Shown piece by piece: positions 54,113-64,000 of a stretch of 64,000 nucleotides of DNA; position 1 is the first letter of the stretch, and every line of letters begins with the position of its first letter. The translations under genes were made by a program, and so were the position numbers. Where the stretch lies: NCBI GenBank assembly GCA_045644305.1, contig JAZRGS010000031.1, positions 3,722 to 67,721 of the forward strand, given 5' to 3'. The stretch is from Eubacteriales bacterium. GTDB lineage: Bacteria > Bacillota > Clostridia > Oscillospirales > CAG-382. The notes under the pieces are model-generated. The model was not told where the DNA came from, did not search any database, and worked only from the letters and a program-made list of their open reading frames with translations.

Positions 54113-54349
54113 AATATCACCATAAAAGTTCAGTTTATTAATAATAACATAAAAATGCATCCAAATCAATTACTTGCTTGATAATTCGCGAACGCAGTGA
54201 TAAATACTTCTTAGCCCTCAAAACAAACAGAGAAAAGGAAATGACGGACAGTTTAAACTGTCCGTCTTGTATCCAAGACACGCCTTACGCTAAAGCATCC
54301 TTATGAGAAGTAGCGTAAGGCGTCCCTTTTTCTGCTTATTTAAGCCGAT

Positions 54350-55876
54350 TTAGCTATGATTCTTATAGGATTCAACGATTTCCTCGAGGCGCGCCTCGGT
54401 CTTTTCCTCAACTGCGTCGAGTGCCGAAACGAAGGTGCCCTGCTGTGCGGTAATCATACCCGTAACGGTTTTGAACACGTCGAGGTTATACACCTCGGCA
54501 AGCTCGCAGGTGCGGGTCGAGAAGATGATATCGAGCATACGCATCGAATCATCGTCGCGGGCGATCTGATACTGAAGGGTCTGCTCGTAATAAACGGGGG
54601 TGAGCATATCGTTCGAAACCGCAGAAAGCGCTTCGATGAAGATACCGGCAAGCTCAAGATCGGATTCGGGAACGTAGGTGGGAACGACTATGCAGTTTGC
54701 CGACCAGCAGCCGATCTGGGAAACGTAGTCTTCCTGATCATCGTCGTAAAGCGGGCAAGGAAGAACGCCGAAATCGCTTTCCATGTCGCGGATGTTGTCG
54801 AGGTTAAGTATCGCGTCCATGAAGAAAAGGAGTCGGTCTGCCTTAAACTCGGGAACGATTACGTCGGGAACGGGGGTCTGGCTCTGATCGAAGTAATCGT
54901 CAGCGGCGATAAATCCGCTTTGGGGGTCCTTGAAATATTCCTGCGCGTTGTTGATGATCTTGATAGCTCTTTCGTTATTGACCGCGAGCGTGGGATAGCC
55001 GTCCTCGTCGAGATCGACGATCTTTTCACCCGCGCCGGTGAGCATATTATAAATCGCATCGTTCTGACCCGCGATGCCGTTGATATCGCCGGGGTCGCAG
55101 ATATTGTTGCCGTTAAGGTCCTGATAAACCGACTTCGCCATTTCGAAGTATACGTCCTGAGTCCACGCTCTGTCGTCTACCATTTCGTAAAGCGAGTTAT
55201 AGCCGTATTTTTCGACGATGCCGTTCGATTCGAGCATCTTTTTGTTAAATGCAACGAAGAAGGTCGCATCCTTATTTACCGTGCCGATATCGCCGATAGC
55301 GAAATAGGTCTTGCCGTCGATGGTAACAGCCTCGTTGAAGGATTGGCTCCACCATTCGCGGGAAAGGTCGATATAGGGAATATCGTTAAGGTCGTAAAGA
55401 AGTCCCTCGATAGAAAGCATACCCGCTTCGATGGTGCAGGGCATTGCGAAAAGATAATCGCCGGTGCCGCTCATCGCGTCCTTTTGCATTCTCTTATACA
55501 TATCGCCGCCGTAACGGGACCAGGTGTAAACCACCTCTTCCTCAACGGTGATGCCAAGCTGCTCCTCGACAAGTCGAGTACATTCCGCCGCGGTGTTCAT
55601 AACCGCGCTTGCGTTTTCTGCCGAATAAAGGGTGTTGTTTTCGGGCTTGATCTGATGCGTGCTCTTGCCCTGTGCGGTAGAGGTAGTCAATACGCGAACG
55701 GTTCTGCCCGAATAATTGGTGCCCTCGGGAATTTCAAAGCCGAAAAAGCCGCCCTCGGCAGCGTTCGCGCCGTCGTTCGAGCCGTTGTCATCCTTGCCGT
55801 CGCATCCAACAGAGGTTATGCAAACGAAGGCAAGCATCAAAACGATGAGCATTAACGAGAAAACACGTTTTTTCAT
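54350..55876 (-). CDS. ABC-transporter extracellular solute-binding lipoprotein (sugar-type, large family 1)
   Basis: Lipobox VGCDG in a 508-aa protein. No permease or ATPase genes are adjacent. Confidence 0.65.
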   Translation of the reverse strand: MKKRVFSLMLIVLMLAFVCITSVGCDGKDDNGSNDGANAAEGGFFGFEIPEGTNYSGRTVRVLTTSTAQGKSTHQIKPENNTLYSAENASAVMNTAAECTRLVEEQLGITVEEEVVYTWSRYGGDMYKRMQKDAMSGTGDYLFAMPCTIEAGMLSIEGLLYDLNDIPYIDLSREWWSQSFNEAVTIDGKTYFAIGDIGTVNKDATFFVAFNKKMLESNGIVEKYGYNSLYEMVDDRAWTQDVYFEMAKSVYQDLNGNNICDPGDINGIAGQNDAIYNMLTGAGEKIVDLDEDGYPTLAVNNERAIKIINNAQEYFKDPQSGFIAADDYFDQSQTPVPDVIVPEFKADRLLFFMDAILNLDNIRDMESDFGVLPCPLYDDDQEDYVSQIGCWSANCIVVPTYVPESDLELAGIFIEALSAVSNDMLTPVYYEQTLQYQIARDDDSMRMLDIIFSTRTCELAEVYNLDVFKTVTGMITAQQGTFVSALDAVEEKTEARLEEIVESYKNHS

Positions 55877-55893
55877 GGTAATTCTCCTTAAAC

Positions 55894-56436
55894 TTAATTA
55901 AGCATAAGCCTGTTTTTCTTCAAGACGTTTATAATCGGAGGAATCACGATAAGCTGAAGAATTATGCCGGGGATCGAATTGAGCACCGTGCTGCCCCAAA
56001 TAAGACCAAAGCCGATGCTTCCGCTTGCAAGTCCCAAAATGATAAACACGAACATAACCAAGCCCCAAACGATTCTTCCCGCAACCATTGCCGTGAGAAG
56101 CTCGATATAAAACATAAAAAGGTTCTTTTTTAAGCTCTTATAAAGAATACCCGCGATAAAGGCGTAGGTTGCAAGCTCGAAAGCCATCGCGATTGCGGAT
56201 ATCATCGTCGGCTGACCGAAAACTATCGAACGCAAAAGCGGTGCGGCGATGCCGACAGCCATACCCCAGCTCGGTCCGCAGATAAATCCGCAAAGGATAA
56301 CCGGAATATGCATGGGGAGCAACGCTATTCCGAAGGGTCTTATCTGCCCTATCAAAAACGGAAGAAGCATTGCCAGCGCAAGAAACATTGACGAATACAA
56401 AAGCCGCACTACCGCGGTGTTTTTTCCTCTTGCCAT
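55894..56436 (-). CDS. ECF-transporter S component-like membrane protein
   Basis: 6 TM segments with LLPMHIPVILCGFICGP. Start taken at the ATG at 56436, after GAGGA. Confidence 0.55.
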   Translation of the reverse strand: MARGKNTAVVRLLYSSMFLALAMLLPFLIGQIRPFGIALLPMHIPVILCGFICGPSWGMAVGIAAPLLRSIVFGQPTMISAIAMAFELATYAFIAGILYKSLKKNLFMFYIELLTAMVAGRIVWGLVMFVFIILGLASGSIGFGLIWGSTVLNSIPGIILQLIVIPPIINVLKKNRLMLN

Positions 56437-56641
56437 ATATTTGTCCTCACAACTCATAAATATTGGTTTATTATAGCATTTTCGACAGACTTTTGCAAGT
56501 GGTTTTATCTTACTTTTTTAATCGGTTGAAGTTATGAACAAGTTGTTAAAAATCAAAAAGCATTGAAAACGAGCGTTTGATTTGATATAATGAATGTGTA
56601 TGCGTTAAAACCGTACTTCATTTGATAACTCGGAGTTTTTT

Positions 56642-58417
56642 ATGTTATTCGGCAAGCACATAAACAAATATTATTTCAAATACCTGCCGTGGTTTTTGCT
56701 CGGTATTCTCTCGCTCATCGTGGTCGATTATATGCAATTGGTCGTACCCGAAATCTACCGAACCGTCATTAACGGCATGAATAACGGATTCATCGTCGAA
56801 AACGGCGTCGAAATTCCCTTTGATATGAATTTTCTGCTCGATAAGATCTGCAAGCCTCTGCTGTTCGTAATCCTCTTTATGATCATCGGCAGATTTCTTT
56901 GGAGAATCTGCTTCTTCGGTGCGGGTATAAGAATCGAAACCGCATTAAGGAACCGTATGTTCGACCGCTGCCGCGAGCTCGACCAGAATTATTACCACCA
57001 CAACAAGGTCGGCAACCTTATGTCGCTCTTTACGAACGATTTGGAAACGGTTCAGGACTGCTTCGGCATGGGCATTATGATGTTCTTCGACGGCGTCCTT
57101 TTAGGCGTGCTTGCTCTTATCAAGATGTTCAGGATGGACCCGATTTTGACCGGCTTTGCGCTTATCCCGATGACGATTTTGCTCGTCGGCGGATTGATTT
57201 TGGGCAAATACCTTACCATAAAATGGGAAAAGCGTCAGGCGGCGTTTTCTTCGCTTTCTGATTTCTCGCAGGAAAGCTTTGCGGGAATCGCTGTCGTAAA
57301 GGCGTTCGTCAAGGAAGCGAAGGAATTACTCGCGTTCCGCAAGCTCAACAAGGAAAACGAGGACACGAACATCGAATACACCAAGCTTTCGGTCAAGCTC
57401 AACGTCTGCGTCACCCTGCTTGTCGAATCGGTCATCTGCGTAATCCTCGGCTACGGCGGTTATCTGGTTTACGTCGGAAGCTTCGACGCGGGTCAGCTCG
57501 TTGAGTTCATCGGATATTTTTCGGCAATCGTTTGGCCGATAATGGCAATTTCTCAGCTTATCGAAATGAACTCACGCGGTAAGGCATCGCTCAAGCGAAT
57601 CGGCGAGCTTTTGGACGCGCACCCCGAGGTGTTCGACAAGGAAAACCTTATAAATGCTCCCGAAATCAAGGGCGACATCGAATTCAAAAACCTCACCTTC
57701 AGATACCCCTCGGGCGAATACGACGTGCTTGACGGTATGTCGTTCAAAATCAACGCGGGCGAAAACGTCGGCATCGTCGGCAGAACAGGATGCGGAAAAA
57801 CGACGGTCGCGGATCTTATCCTCCGCACCTACAACGTCCCCGACGGAAGCGTCTTTATCGACGGAATCGATATCAACAAAATCCCGATAAAGGCTCTGCG
57901 CGCACACGCCGCATACGTTCCGCAGGACAACTTCCTTTTCAGCGACACCATCGCCGAAAATATCGCGTTTGCCTCGGATAACAACGACATCGGCGAAATC
58001 GAAGCCGCCGCGATTCTTTCCGACGTTCACGATAATATCTCGGAATTCCCGATGGGCTATGAAACCGTACTCGGCGAACGCGGTGTTACCGTTTCGGGCG
58101 GACAGAAGCAGCGTATCTCGATCGCTCGCGCCTTGATGAAGAACGCCGAAATCCTTATTCTCGACGACTCGGTTTCGGCTGTCGACGTCAAGACCGAAAA
58201 GATAATTCTCGATAACCTCAGAAACACCCGCAAGGGCAAAACGACGATACTTATCGCACACAGAATCACCACTATCGAAAATATGGACAAGATAATTTTT
58301 ATCGACGAGGGCAAAACGGTCGACGTAGGCACCCACAAGGAGCTTTACGACCGTTGCGTCGATTACAGAAATATGGTCGAGCTTCAGCGCTTGAACGCGC
58401 TTGAATCGAAGATGTAG
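56642..58417 (+). CDS. ABC exporter, fused permease-ATPase (half transporter 1)
   Basis: 6 TM segments, Walker A GRTGCGKTT, signature VSGGQKQR and Walker B ILILDD. Confidence 0.9.
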   Translation: MLFGKHINKYYFKYLPWFLLGILSLIVVDYMQLVVPEIYRTVINGMNNGFIVENGVEIPFDMNFLLDKICKPLLFVILFMIIGRFLWRICFFGAGIRIETALRNRMFDRCRELDQNYYHHNKVGNLMSLFTNDLETVQDCFGMGIMMFFDGVLLGVLALIKMFRMDPILTGFALIPMTILLVGGLILGKYLTIKWEKRQAAFSSLSDFSQESFAGIAVVKAFVKEAKELLAFRKLNKENEDTNIEYTKLSVKLNVCVTLLVESVICVILGYGGYLVYVGSFDAGQLVEFIGYFSAIVWPIMAISQLIEMNSRGKASLKRIGELLDAHPEVFDKENLINAPEIKGDIEFKNLTFRYPSGEYDVLDGMSFKINAGENVGIVGRTGCGKTTVADLILRTYNVPDGSVFIDGIDINKIPIKALRAHAAYVPQDNFLFSDTIAENIAFASDNNDIGEIEAAAILSDVHDNISEFPMGYETVLGERGVTVSGGQKQRISIARALMKNAEILILDDSVSAVDVKTEKIILDNLRNTRKGKTTILIAHRITTIENMDKIIFIDEGKTVDVGTHKELYDRCVDYRNMVELQRLNALESKM

Positions 58418-58429
58418 GAGGTGGACACA

Positions 58430-60313
58430 ATGTACGAATTTTATCCGCTTCTCATCGTCGGCGCCGTCATCGGCGTTATGTCGCTTGTCTTCCTTATCGC
58501 ATTTTTCTCGATAAAGGACCGCAAGGAGGCAATCGGCTTCGACCGAAATATGAAGGACTCGGAAATCATCAAAAGGCTTTTGGTCTATGCCAAGCCCCAC
58601 GCGAAGAGCTTTGTTCTCGTATTCATCATAATGCTCTTTTCGATTTCCTACGACGTAATCTCCCCCACCCTTGTAGGTAATATCACCGAAATGATAAGGG
58701 CGGATTTTGAACTCGCGGCTCTTACCTCTTACGTAATAATCTACGCAGGTATCCTTCTCGTTTCGCTCGTTTGCACCTATTTGCAGGCGATAATCCTTCA
58801 AAAAACGGGACAAAAGATACTTTCGGCGCTTCGCGAGGACCTTTTCTCGCACATCGAATCGCTCTCACACAATCAGCTCCACGCAATGCCGGTCGGTAAG
58901 CTCGTCACACGCGTCACCAACGACACGAACGCGATTTCGATGCTCTTCACCAACATTCTCGTCAACCTCTTTAAGAACGTTTTGGTCATCTTCGGCGTCG
59001 TCGCGGCGATGCTTATGCTTAACTACGCGTTGACGCTTATGGTGCTTTGCTTCGCACCGTTCATCGCGCTTTTCACCTTTATTTTCCGCAAATTCTCACG
59101 CAAGGCGTACAGACAAGTCAAGGACGGCACGACAGATATCAACACCTTCCTTTCCGAAAACCTTTCGGGAATGAAGATAATTCAGATATTCAACCGCGAA
59201 GACCGCAAAATGGAGGAATTCGAGGCGAAAAACGGCAAGCTCAAGTCGGCTAAATTCCGCCAAATATTCGTATTCGGCATCTTCCGTCCGATGGTGTATA
59301 TGCTTTATATCACCTCGGTGCTCTGCCTGTTTTATATCGGCGGACGAGGCTATATCAAGGACACCGTGTTCTTGGGTCAGACGATCACGGCAGGTATTAT
59401 CGTCTCCTTCTATATGTACATCAACAAGTTCTTCAACCCCATCCAATCGCTTGCAGAGCAGTTCAACTGGATGCAATCGGCGTTTGCGTCGGCTGAAAAG
59501 ATCTTTACCGTGTTGGACGTCGCGCCCGAAATCGTCGACGCAGAAAACGCTATCGAATTGAACGAGATCAAGGGCGACATCGAATTCAAAAACGTTTGGT
59601 TCGCCTACAAGGACGAGGATTGGGTATTAAAGGACGTTTCCTTTAAGATAAACTCAGGCGAGACCGTCGCCTTCTGCGGCTCGACGGGGTCGGGAAAGAC
59701 GACCATTCTTTCGCTCATCTGCCGAAATTACGATATTCAGCGCGGACAGATACTTATCGACGGAATCGATATCAAAACCGTTAAGATCGCATCTCTCAGG
59801 CGCCATTTCGGTCAGATGCTTCAGGACGTATTCCTTTTCTCGGGAACCATCCGCTCGGACATAATCCTTCGCGAGGAAAATATAAGCGACGATGAAATCG
59901 AAAGGGCTTGCAAATACGTCAATGCAGATAAGATCATCGACAAGCTTCCCAACCGACTTGACGAAGAGGTTATGGAAAGAGGCGCGAACTTCTCGGCGGG
60001 TCAGCGTCAGCTTATTTCCTTTGCCCGCACGATAATCCACAAGCCCGAAATTATGATACTCGACGAGGCGACCGCAAACATCGACACCGAAACCGAGGTT
60101 TTGATTCAGGATTCGCTCGAAAAATTAATGAGCATCGGCACGCTTTTGATCGTCGCACACAGACTCTCGACTATCCGCAACGCCGACAGAATCATGTATC
60201 TCTCCCACGGCGAAATCATTGAAAGCGGCACCCACGAGGAGCTTTTGCTCCAAAAGGGCAGATATTACGAGCTTTATAAGCTTCAGCAGGATAAGGCACA
60301 GCTCACACACTAA
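58430..60313 (+). CDS. ABC exporter, fused permease-ATPase (half transporter 2)
   Basis: Walker A GSTGSGKTT, signature FSAGQRQL and Walker B IMILDEAT. GGAGG lies before the ATG at 58430. Confidence 0.9.
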   Translation: MYEFYPLLIVGAVIGVMSLVFLIAFFSIKDRKEAIGFDRNMKDSEIIKRLLVYAKPHAKSFVLVFIIMLFSISYDVISPTLVGNITEMIRADFELAALTSYVIIYAGILLVSLVCTYLQAIILQKTGQKILSALREDLFSHIESLSHNQLHAMPVGKLVTRVTNDTNAISMLFTNILVNLFKNVLVIFGVVAAMLMLNYALTLMVLCFAPFIALFTFIFRKFSRKAYRQVKDGTTDINTFLSENLSGMKIIQIFNREDRKMEEFEAKNGKLKSAKFRQIFVFGIFRPMVYMLYITSVLCLFYIGGRGYIKDTVFLGQTITAGIIVSFYMYINKFFNPIQSLAEQFNWMQSAFASAEKIFTVLDVAPEIVDAENAIELNEIKGDIEFKNVWFAYKDEDWVLKDVSFKINSGETVAFCGSTGSGKTTILSLICRNYDIQRGQILIDGIDIKTVKIASLRRHFGQMLQDVFLFSGTIRSDIILREENISDDEIERACKYVNADKIIDKLPNRLDEEVMERGANFSAGQRQLISFARTIIHKPEIMILDEATANIDTETEVLIQDSLEKLMSIGTLLIVAHRLSTIRNADRIMYLSHGEIIESGTHEELLLQKGRYYELYKLQQDKAQLTH

Positions 60314-60329
60314 AAAAGGAGGCAACGGT

Positions 60330-61427
60330 ATGCACAATACGCTGATTTCGCTTGTACGCGAAGCAATTATCGGCGAAAGAGCGACGCTTAAGGATTGCGA
60401 TTTCAAGGCGTTATATTCCCTCTCGGTCAAGCACGATTTGGCGCCTATCGTTGCGTTTGCTCTTGAAAACCACGAAATTCCCGACAAGGACGCGGCATCG
60501 GCATTTACCCACCAAAAGCAATTGGCGATTTACCGCCGCGGCCTGCTCGATTACGATTTTTCGTCGGTTTGCAGCCTTTTCGATTCCGAAAAAATCGATT
60601 ATATCCCCTTAAAGGGCTCGATAGTGAAGTCGCTTTACCCCGAAAGCTATTTAAGAACCTCATGCGATAACGATATCCTTATTCGCATTTCCGATAAGGA
60701 GAGGGCGTTAACCCTTCTTACCGAGCGGTTAAATTACACGACCGACCACGTAAAGGACAAGGATATCTCGCTTATTTCACCCTGCAGAATGAACACCGAG
60801 CTTCATTTTGCGCTCTGCGAAAGCGACAGCAAATATGCAAGCCTGCTTAACAAGGCTTGGGACTTTGCAAGGCTTGATAGCAAATACAGGCACAGCCTTA
60901 CCAACGAATTTTTCGTCCTTTACCATATCGCGCACATGGCTGCGCATATGCACGACGGCGGTTGCGGAATCCGCCCGTTTATCGACCTTTATCTTTTCAA
61001 TTCCAAGGTCGGATGCGATGAAAAAATCCTACTTTCCCTGCTTTCAAGCGTCGGTCTGTGTGAATTTTACAATTCGGTAAACGCGCTTATTTCGGTTTGG
61101 CTTGGCGACAACGAGCATACCGAGCTGACCAAAATGCTTGAAGAATTTATCATTTCGGGCGGAAGCTACGGCACGCGTGAAAATATGGCGTCGGCAAAGC
61201 AGGCGCAAAGCGGAGGACGAGCAAAATATATCCTGTCGCGCATTTTTATGCCGAAAGCAAAGCTTGCAAAGTACTATCCGCAGGTGGAAAAGCATCCAAT
61301 TCTTATACCGTTTTATCAGGTCAAGCGCTGGTGCAGGCTTTTAAAAAGCGACACCCGCAAAATGGCAAAAAGCGAAATCAACGGAGCCGCATCGAGAAAC
61401 GATCTCTTCACGATGATAAACCTTTAA
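60330..61427 (+). CDS. Uncharacterised nucleotidyltransferase-family protein (NTP_transf_5-like)
   Basis: GGAGG lies before the ATG at 60330. The pattern LKG..........R...DNDILI fits that family. Confidence 0.45.
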   Translation: MHNTLISLVREAIIGERATLKDCDFKALYSLSVKHDLAPIVAFALENHEIPDKDAASAFTHQKQLAIYRRGLLDYDFSSVCSLFDSEKIDYIPLKGSIVKSLYPESYLRTSCDNDILIRISDKERALTLLTERLNYTTDHVKDKDISLISPCRMNTELHFALCESDSKYASLLNKAWDFARLDSKYRHSLTNEFFVLYHIAHMAAHMHDGGCGIRPFIDLYLFNSKVGCDEKILLSLLSSVGLCEFYNSVNALISVWLGDNEHTELTKMLEEFIISGGSYGTRENMASAKQAQSGGRAKYILSRIFMPKAKLAKYYPQVEKHPILIPFYQVKRWCRLLKSDTRKMAKSEINGAASRNDLFTMINL

Positions 61428-61507
61428 TATTATAAGCCGAACGCAGAATGTCGTTCGGCTTTTCTTTTGCATAGAATGTATTGATTATTTCAAAAAGGAT
61501 TGATGCT

Positions 61508-63838
61508 ATGCCTTCAGGTAATTTGGTTTTGACGCTTCGAACGGCTAACGGCGCATTACCCGTCAACAACGGCTCGGTCACCGTAAGCGACGCAAGCGGA
61601 AACACGGTATTTTACGAATTTCTCACAAGCGCAGATTCGGGACTTACGAAAACAGTACCCCTCGAAGCGCCGCTCCGTTCGCTTTCGCTCGACAGCGATT
61701 CCCCCGCCCTCCCTTACTCGCTTTACAACGTTGCGATATTTGCCGAGGGGTGGTATCGTATGCAGATTTTGGGGGTTCAGCTTTTCGAGGGAAGCAGTAC
61801 GCTTCTGCCCGTTGAATTGGTACCGCTTCCCGAAGGGGTGGTCTCACCCAACGACGTCGACGCAATAATTATAAGCATCCCCGAGCATATTCTGAGGTCA
61901 ACTCCCCAAAATCCCCCCGCAAGCAGGGCTCCTACGGATTTTCCTCTGCCTACCGTAAATATAATCGGCGGTGTTTACATCCCCGAAACAATCACGGTGC
62001 ATCTCGGCGCGCCCGATGCGAACGCAGAAAACGTGACGGTTTCATTCATCGACTATATAAAAAACGTTGCGAGCAGTGAAATCTACCCGACGTGGCCCAC
62101 AGAATCGCTCACCGCGAACATAATCGCTCAAATTTCGCTTGCCCTAAACCGAATTTATACCGAATGGTACCGAAGTCAGGGCTATAATTTCGACATCACG
62201 AACTCGACCGCATACGACCAAGCCTTTGTATACGGACGAAACCTTTTCGAGGAAACCAGCGTCATCGTCGACGACATCTTCAACAATTATCTCGTCCGTC
62301 CCAACAGCATCGCTCCGCTTTTCGCTTCTTATTGCAACGGCACGACCAGCACCTGCGCGGGGCTTTCTCAATGGGGCACGGTTGCGCTTGCCGAAAGCGG
62401 ACAGACGAGCGAGGAAATACTTGGATTTTACTACGGCGACGTAAGCGTTACCGAAACGAACGATATACGCACCCCCGAGGAATCCTATCCGGGTAATCCG
62501 TTGCGGTTGGGCGATTCAAACGAAAGCGTGCGAATACTTCAGGAGCAATTAAACCGAATCGCGATAAACTTCCCTCGACTTCCGCTAATCGAGGTCAACG
62601 GCGTTTACAACCAGCAGACCGAGGAAACCGTGCGCGAATTTCAACGGCTTTTTATCCTCCCGATAACGGGAATAACCGACAAGGCGACTTGGTACCGCAT
62701 TTCGCAGATATACGCATCGGTCAAGCGGCTTGCAGAAATCACAAGCGAGGGTCAGCGCGCGTCGTATAACAGGCAACAATATCCCGGAAGCCCGATTCAG
62801 CTCTATTCACGCGGGTCGGAGGTTCAAGAAATTCAGTTTTATCTGCAAAGAATCGCAAGGTTCAATCCATTGGTAGAATCGCCCGAGCTCGACGGCATTT
62901 ACGGTGCAAGCACGCAAAGAGCCGTGATTTCCTTCCAAAACGCCTACGGACTTTCTCCCACGGGTGTGATCGATGAAGCCGATTGGGTCCGCTTGGTCGA
63001 GGTTTACAACGGCACGCTTGACAACGTAGACGAGCCAAATAACAACCCGACGCCGATTCCCTTCCCCGATATCAGCCTTCAAATCGGCTCTCGCGGAGAA
63101 TACGTGCGATATATTCAGCAGCTTTTAAATATCATAAACAACGTTTTTCTTACGATTCCGACTATCGAGGAGGACGGAATCTTCGGCAACGCAACGCTCG
63201 GCGCCGTCAATTCCTTTGCCTCGCTTTTCGGCTTTCCGCAAAGCGGGATTGTCGATTCGGCGCTTTGGGAAAGATTGAATTCGATTTATTCAACCGTTGC
63301 GGCGAACTGCATTTTTTCAAGCGGCGACGGAATCGGGCTTCGTCCGTTCGGCGAAGCAGAGCTGCGAATCGGCTCGACAGGAACCGAGGTCACTTACGTA
63401 CAAGAGCGCATCAATGAAATATCTCGGGCGATTCCCTATATAGGCGAGCTTACCGTCGACGGACGCTACGGAAGCGCGACCTCGAACAGCGTTTCGGCGT
63501 TACAACGGGTTTTCGGACTTACCGAAAGCGGAATCGTCGACGAAACAAGCTGGCTTTTGTTAAATTTCATCACAACCGCGATACAGAACGGCTGTCTTAC
63601 AGCCCAAAATCAAGCCGCGCCGACATTATCTCAAGCGATCGAAAGCGAAGCAAAAATCACGAATTTAAAGCAGCTGATGCGCGAAAACGGTATCCTTTGC
63701 GGAGGCGGAAAAATATTCGGATTAAAAAGCCGACGGGCGCTTGCATATTGGCAGGCGATGCACGGTTTGACCCCAACGGGACTTCCCGACGCCGAAACTA
63801 TCAAGCTGCTCATAAAAAAGGCAAACAAAATTAACTGA
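61508..63838 (+). CDS. SleC-like cortex-lytic/peptidoglycan-binding protein with about 5 PG_binding_1 repeats
   Basis: The block VHLGAPD...YIKNVASSEIYPTWP...ALNRIYTEWYRSQGYNFDIT is followed by repeated G..V..[IL]Q..L......DG.[FY]G..T...V..FQ...GL...G. Confidence 0.6.
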   Translation: MPSGNLVLTLRTANGALPVNNGSVTVSDASGNTVFYEFLTSADSGLTKTVPLEAPLRSLSLDSDSPALPYSLYNVAIFAEGWYRMQILGVQLFEGSSTLLPVELVPLPEGVVSPNDVDAIIISIPEHILRSTPQNPPASRAPTDFPLPTVNIIGGVYIPETITVHLGAPDANAENVTVSFIDYIKNVASSEIYPTWPTESLTANIIAQISLALNRIYTEWYRSQGYNFDITNSTAYDQAFVYGRNLFEETSVIVDDIFNNYLVRPNSIAPLFASYCNGTTSTCAGLSQWGTVALAESGQTSEEILGFYYGDVSVTETNDIRTPEESYPGNPLRLGDSNESVRILQEQLNRIAINFPRLPLIEVNGVYNQQTEETVREFQRLFILPITGITDKATWYRISQIYASVKRLAEITSEGQRASYNRQQYPGSPIQLYSRGSEVQEIQFYLQRIARFNPLVESPELDGIYGASTQRAVISFQNAYGLSPTGVIDEADWVRLVEVYNGTLDNVDEPNNNPTPIPFPDISLQIGSRGEYVRYIQQLLNIINNVFLTIPTIEEDGIFGNATLGAVNSFASLFGFPQSGIVDSALWERLNSIYSTVAANCIFSSGDGIGLRPFGEAELRIGSTGTEVTYVQERINEISRAIPYIGELTVDGRYGSATSNSVSALQRVFGLTESGIVDETSWLLLNFITTAIQNGCLTAQNQAAPTLSQAIESEAKITNLKQLMRENGILCGGGKIFGLKSRRALAYWQAMHGLTPTGLPDAETIKLLIKKANKIN

Positions 63839-63875
63839 TTCTTCATAAAAAACCGCTATTTCTAAGGCTTTTTTG

Positions 63876-63904
63876 TTGACAATAAAGCGTGAAAATAGTA
63901 TAAT
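63876..63904 (+). promoter_or_regulatory. Sigma-A promoter
   Basis: TTGACA (63876-63881), 17-nt spacer, TATAAT (63899-63904). Confidence 0.6.
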
Positions 63905-63940
63905 AAAGTTTAATCTCGAAAATTCTGTTCAGGGTGTGGA

Positions 63941-64000
63941 ATGGAAAACAGCTCTAAACTCAAGCACGGCGCGTCGCTAAAACGAAAAAGAGCCGTCGCG
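63941..64000 (+). CDS. Start of an unidentified ORF, truncated by the window end
   Basis: ATG at 63941 (MENSSKLKHGASLKRKRAVA...) downstream of the promoter. It is too short to classify. Confidence 0.25.
   Translation, partial: MENSSKLKHGASLKRKRAVA

Noticed and set aside
56437-56641. TPP or other vitamin riboswitch upstream of the ECF S-component at 55894-56436.
   Set aside because: The region is AT-rich with no CUGAGA/ACCUGA (TPP), FMN or preQ1 core elements recognisable on the minus strand.

Overview
This is a chromosomal window from a spore-forming Firmicute. A Clostridia / Oscillospiraceae-like origin is inferred only from gene content: SpoIID, SleC-like, RNase Y, YmdB, ThiI, a lic/tag teichoic-acid locus and sortase pili. 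I support about 60 CDS, 3 tRNAs (Gln-CTG, initiator Met, Leu-TAA), one probable cobalamin riboswitch, several promoters and terminators, and several repeat families.

Layout:
- 1-12.2 kb: housekeeping genes (spoIID-like, mrp, M29 aminopeptidase, yajC, ymdB, rny, cysteine desulfurase, thiI, cinA).
- 12.2-14.2 kb: a small AT-rich accessory patch ending at tRNA-Gln.
- 14.3-17 kb: Cys/Met PLP enzyme, surface protein, YegP.
- 17-23.9 kb: licB/licA/licC-like genes, a YidC-sulfatase fusion and a TagF-like gene.
- 24-28.3 kb: FtsZ-like degenerate protein, permease, cytoplasmic TIR-LRR protein, XRE.
- 28.3-31.6 kb: GT2, GH172, and a GIY-YIG plus zinc-ribbon cassette.
- 31.7-35.2 kb: upp and uracil permease, then B12 riboswitch, DUF4430 and an ECF-S component.
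- 35.3-44.9 kb: a 7-gene sortase-pilus operon with a 1.5k-aa tip adhesin.
- 45.1-47.1 kb: LytTR two-component system.
- 47.2-50.9 kb: AT-rich island (AIPR abortive-infection protein, GH43) abutting tRNA-fMet and tRNA-Leu.
- 51.2-64 kb: DUF362, XRE, esterase, SBP, ECF-S, two ABC exporters, NTP-transferase, SleC-like PG-binding protein.

Most interesting signals:
1. A modular CGCG-anchored repeat family fills four consecutive intergenic gaps (2.6-7.2 kb). It carries 12 triloop hairpins whose stems vary only by compensatory changes, and it supplies the sequence right up to four start codons.
2. An array of 7 conserved-linker / variable-stem hairpins lies beside tRNA-Gln.
3. At both tRNA-Gln and tRNA-fMet, the tRNA 3' end is duplicated around a short GC-rich insert that holds an inverted fragment of the same tRNA.
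4. A signal-less TIR-LRR protein lies 20 nt upstream of a permease gene and near a degenerate FtsZ-like protein.
5. There are unusual domain architectures: a YidC-sulfatase fusion, and a pilus tip adhesin with a catalytically substituted CHAP domain and EHTH/Cys repeats.

All homology calls come from motif recognition by eye. No database search was run.
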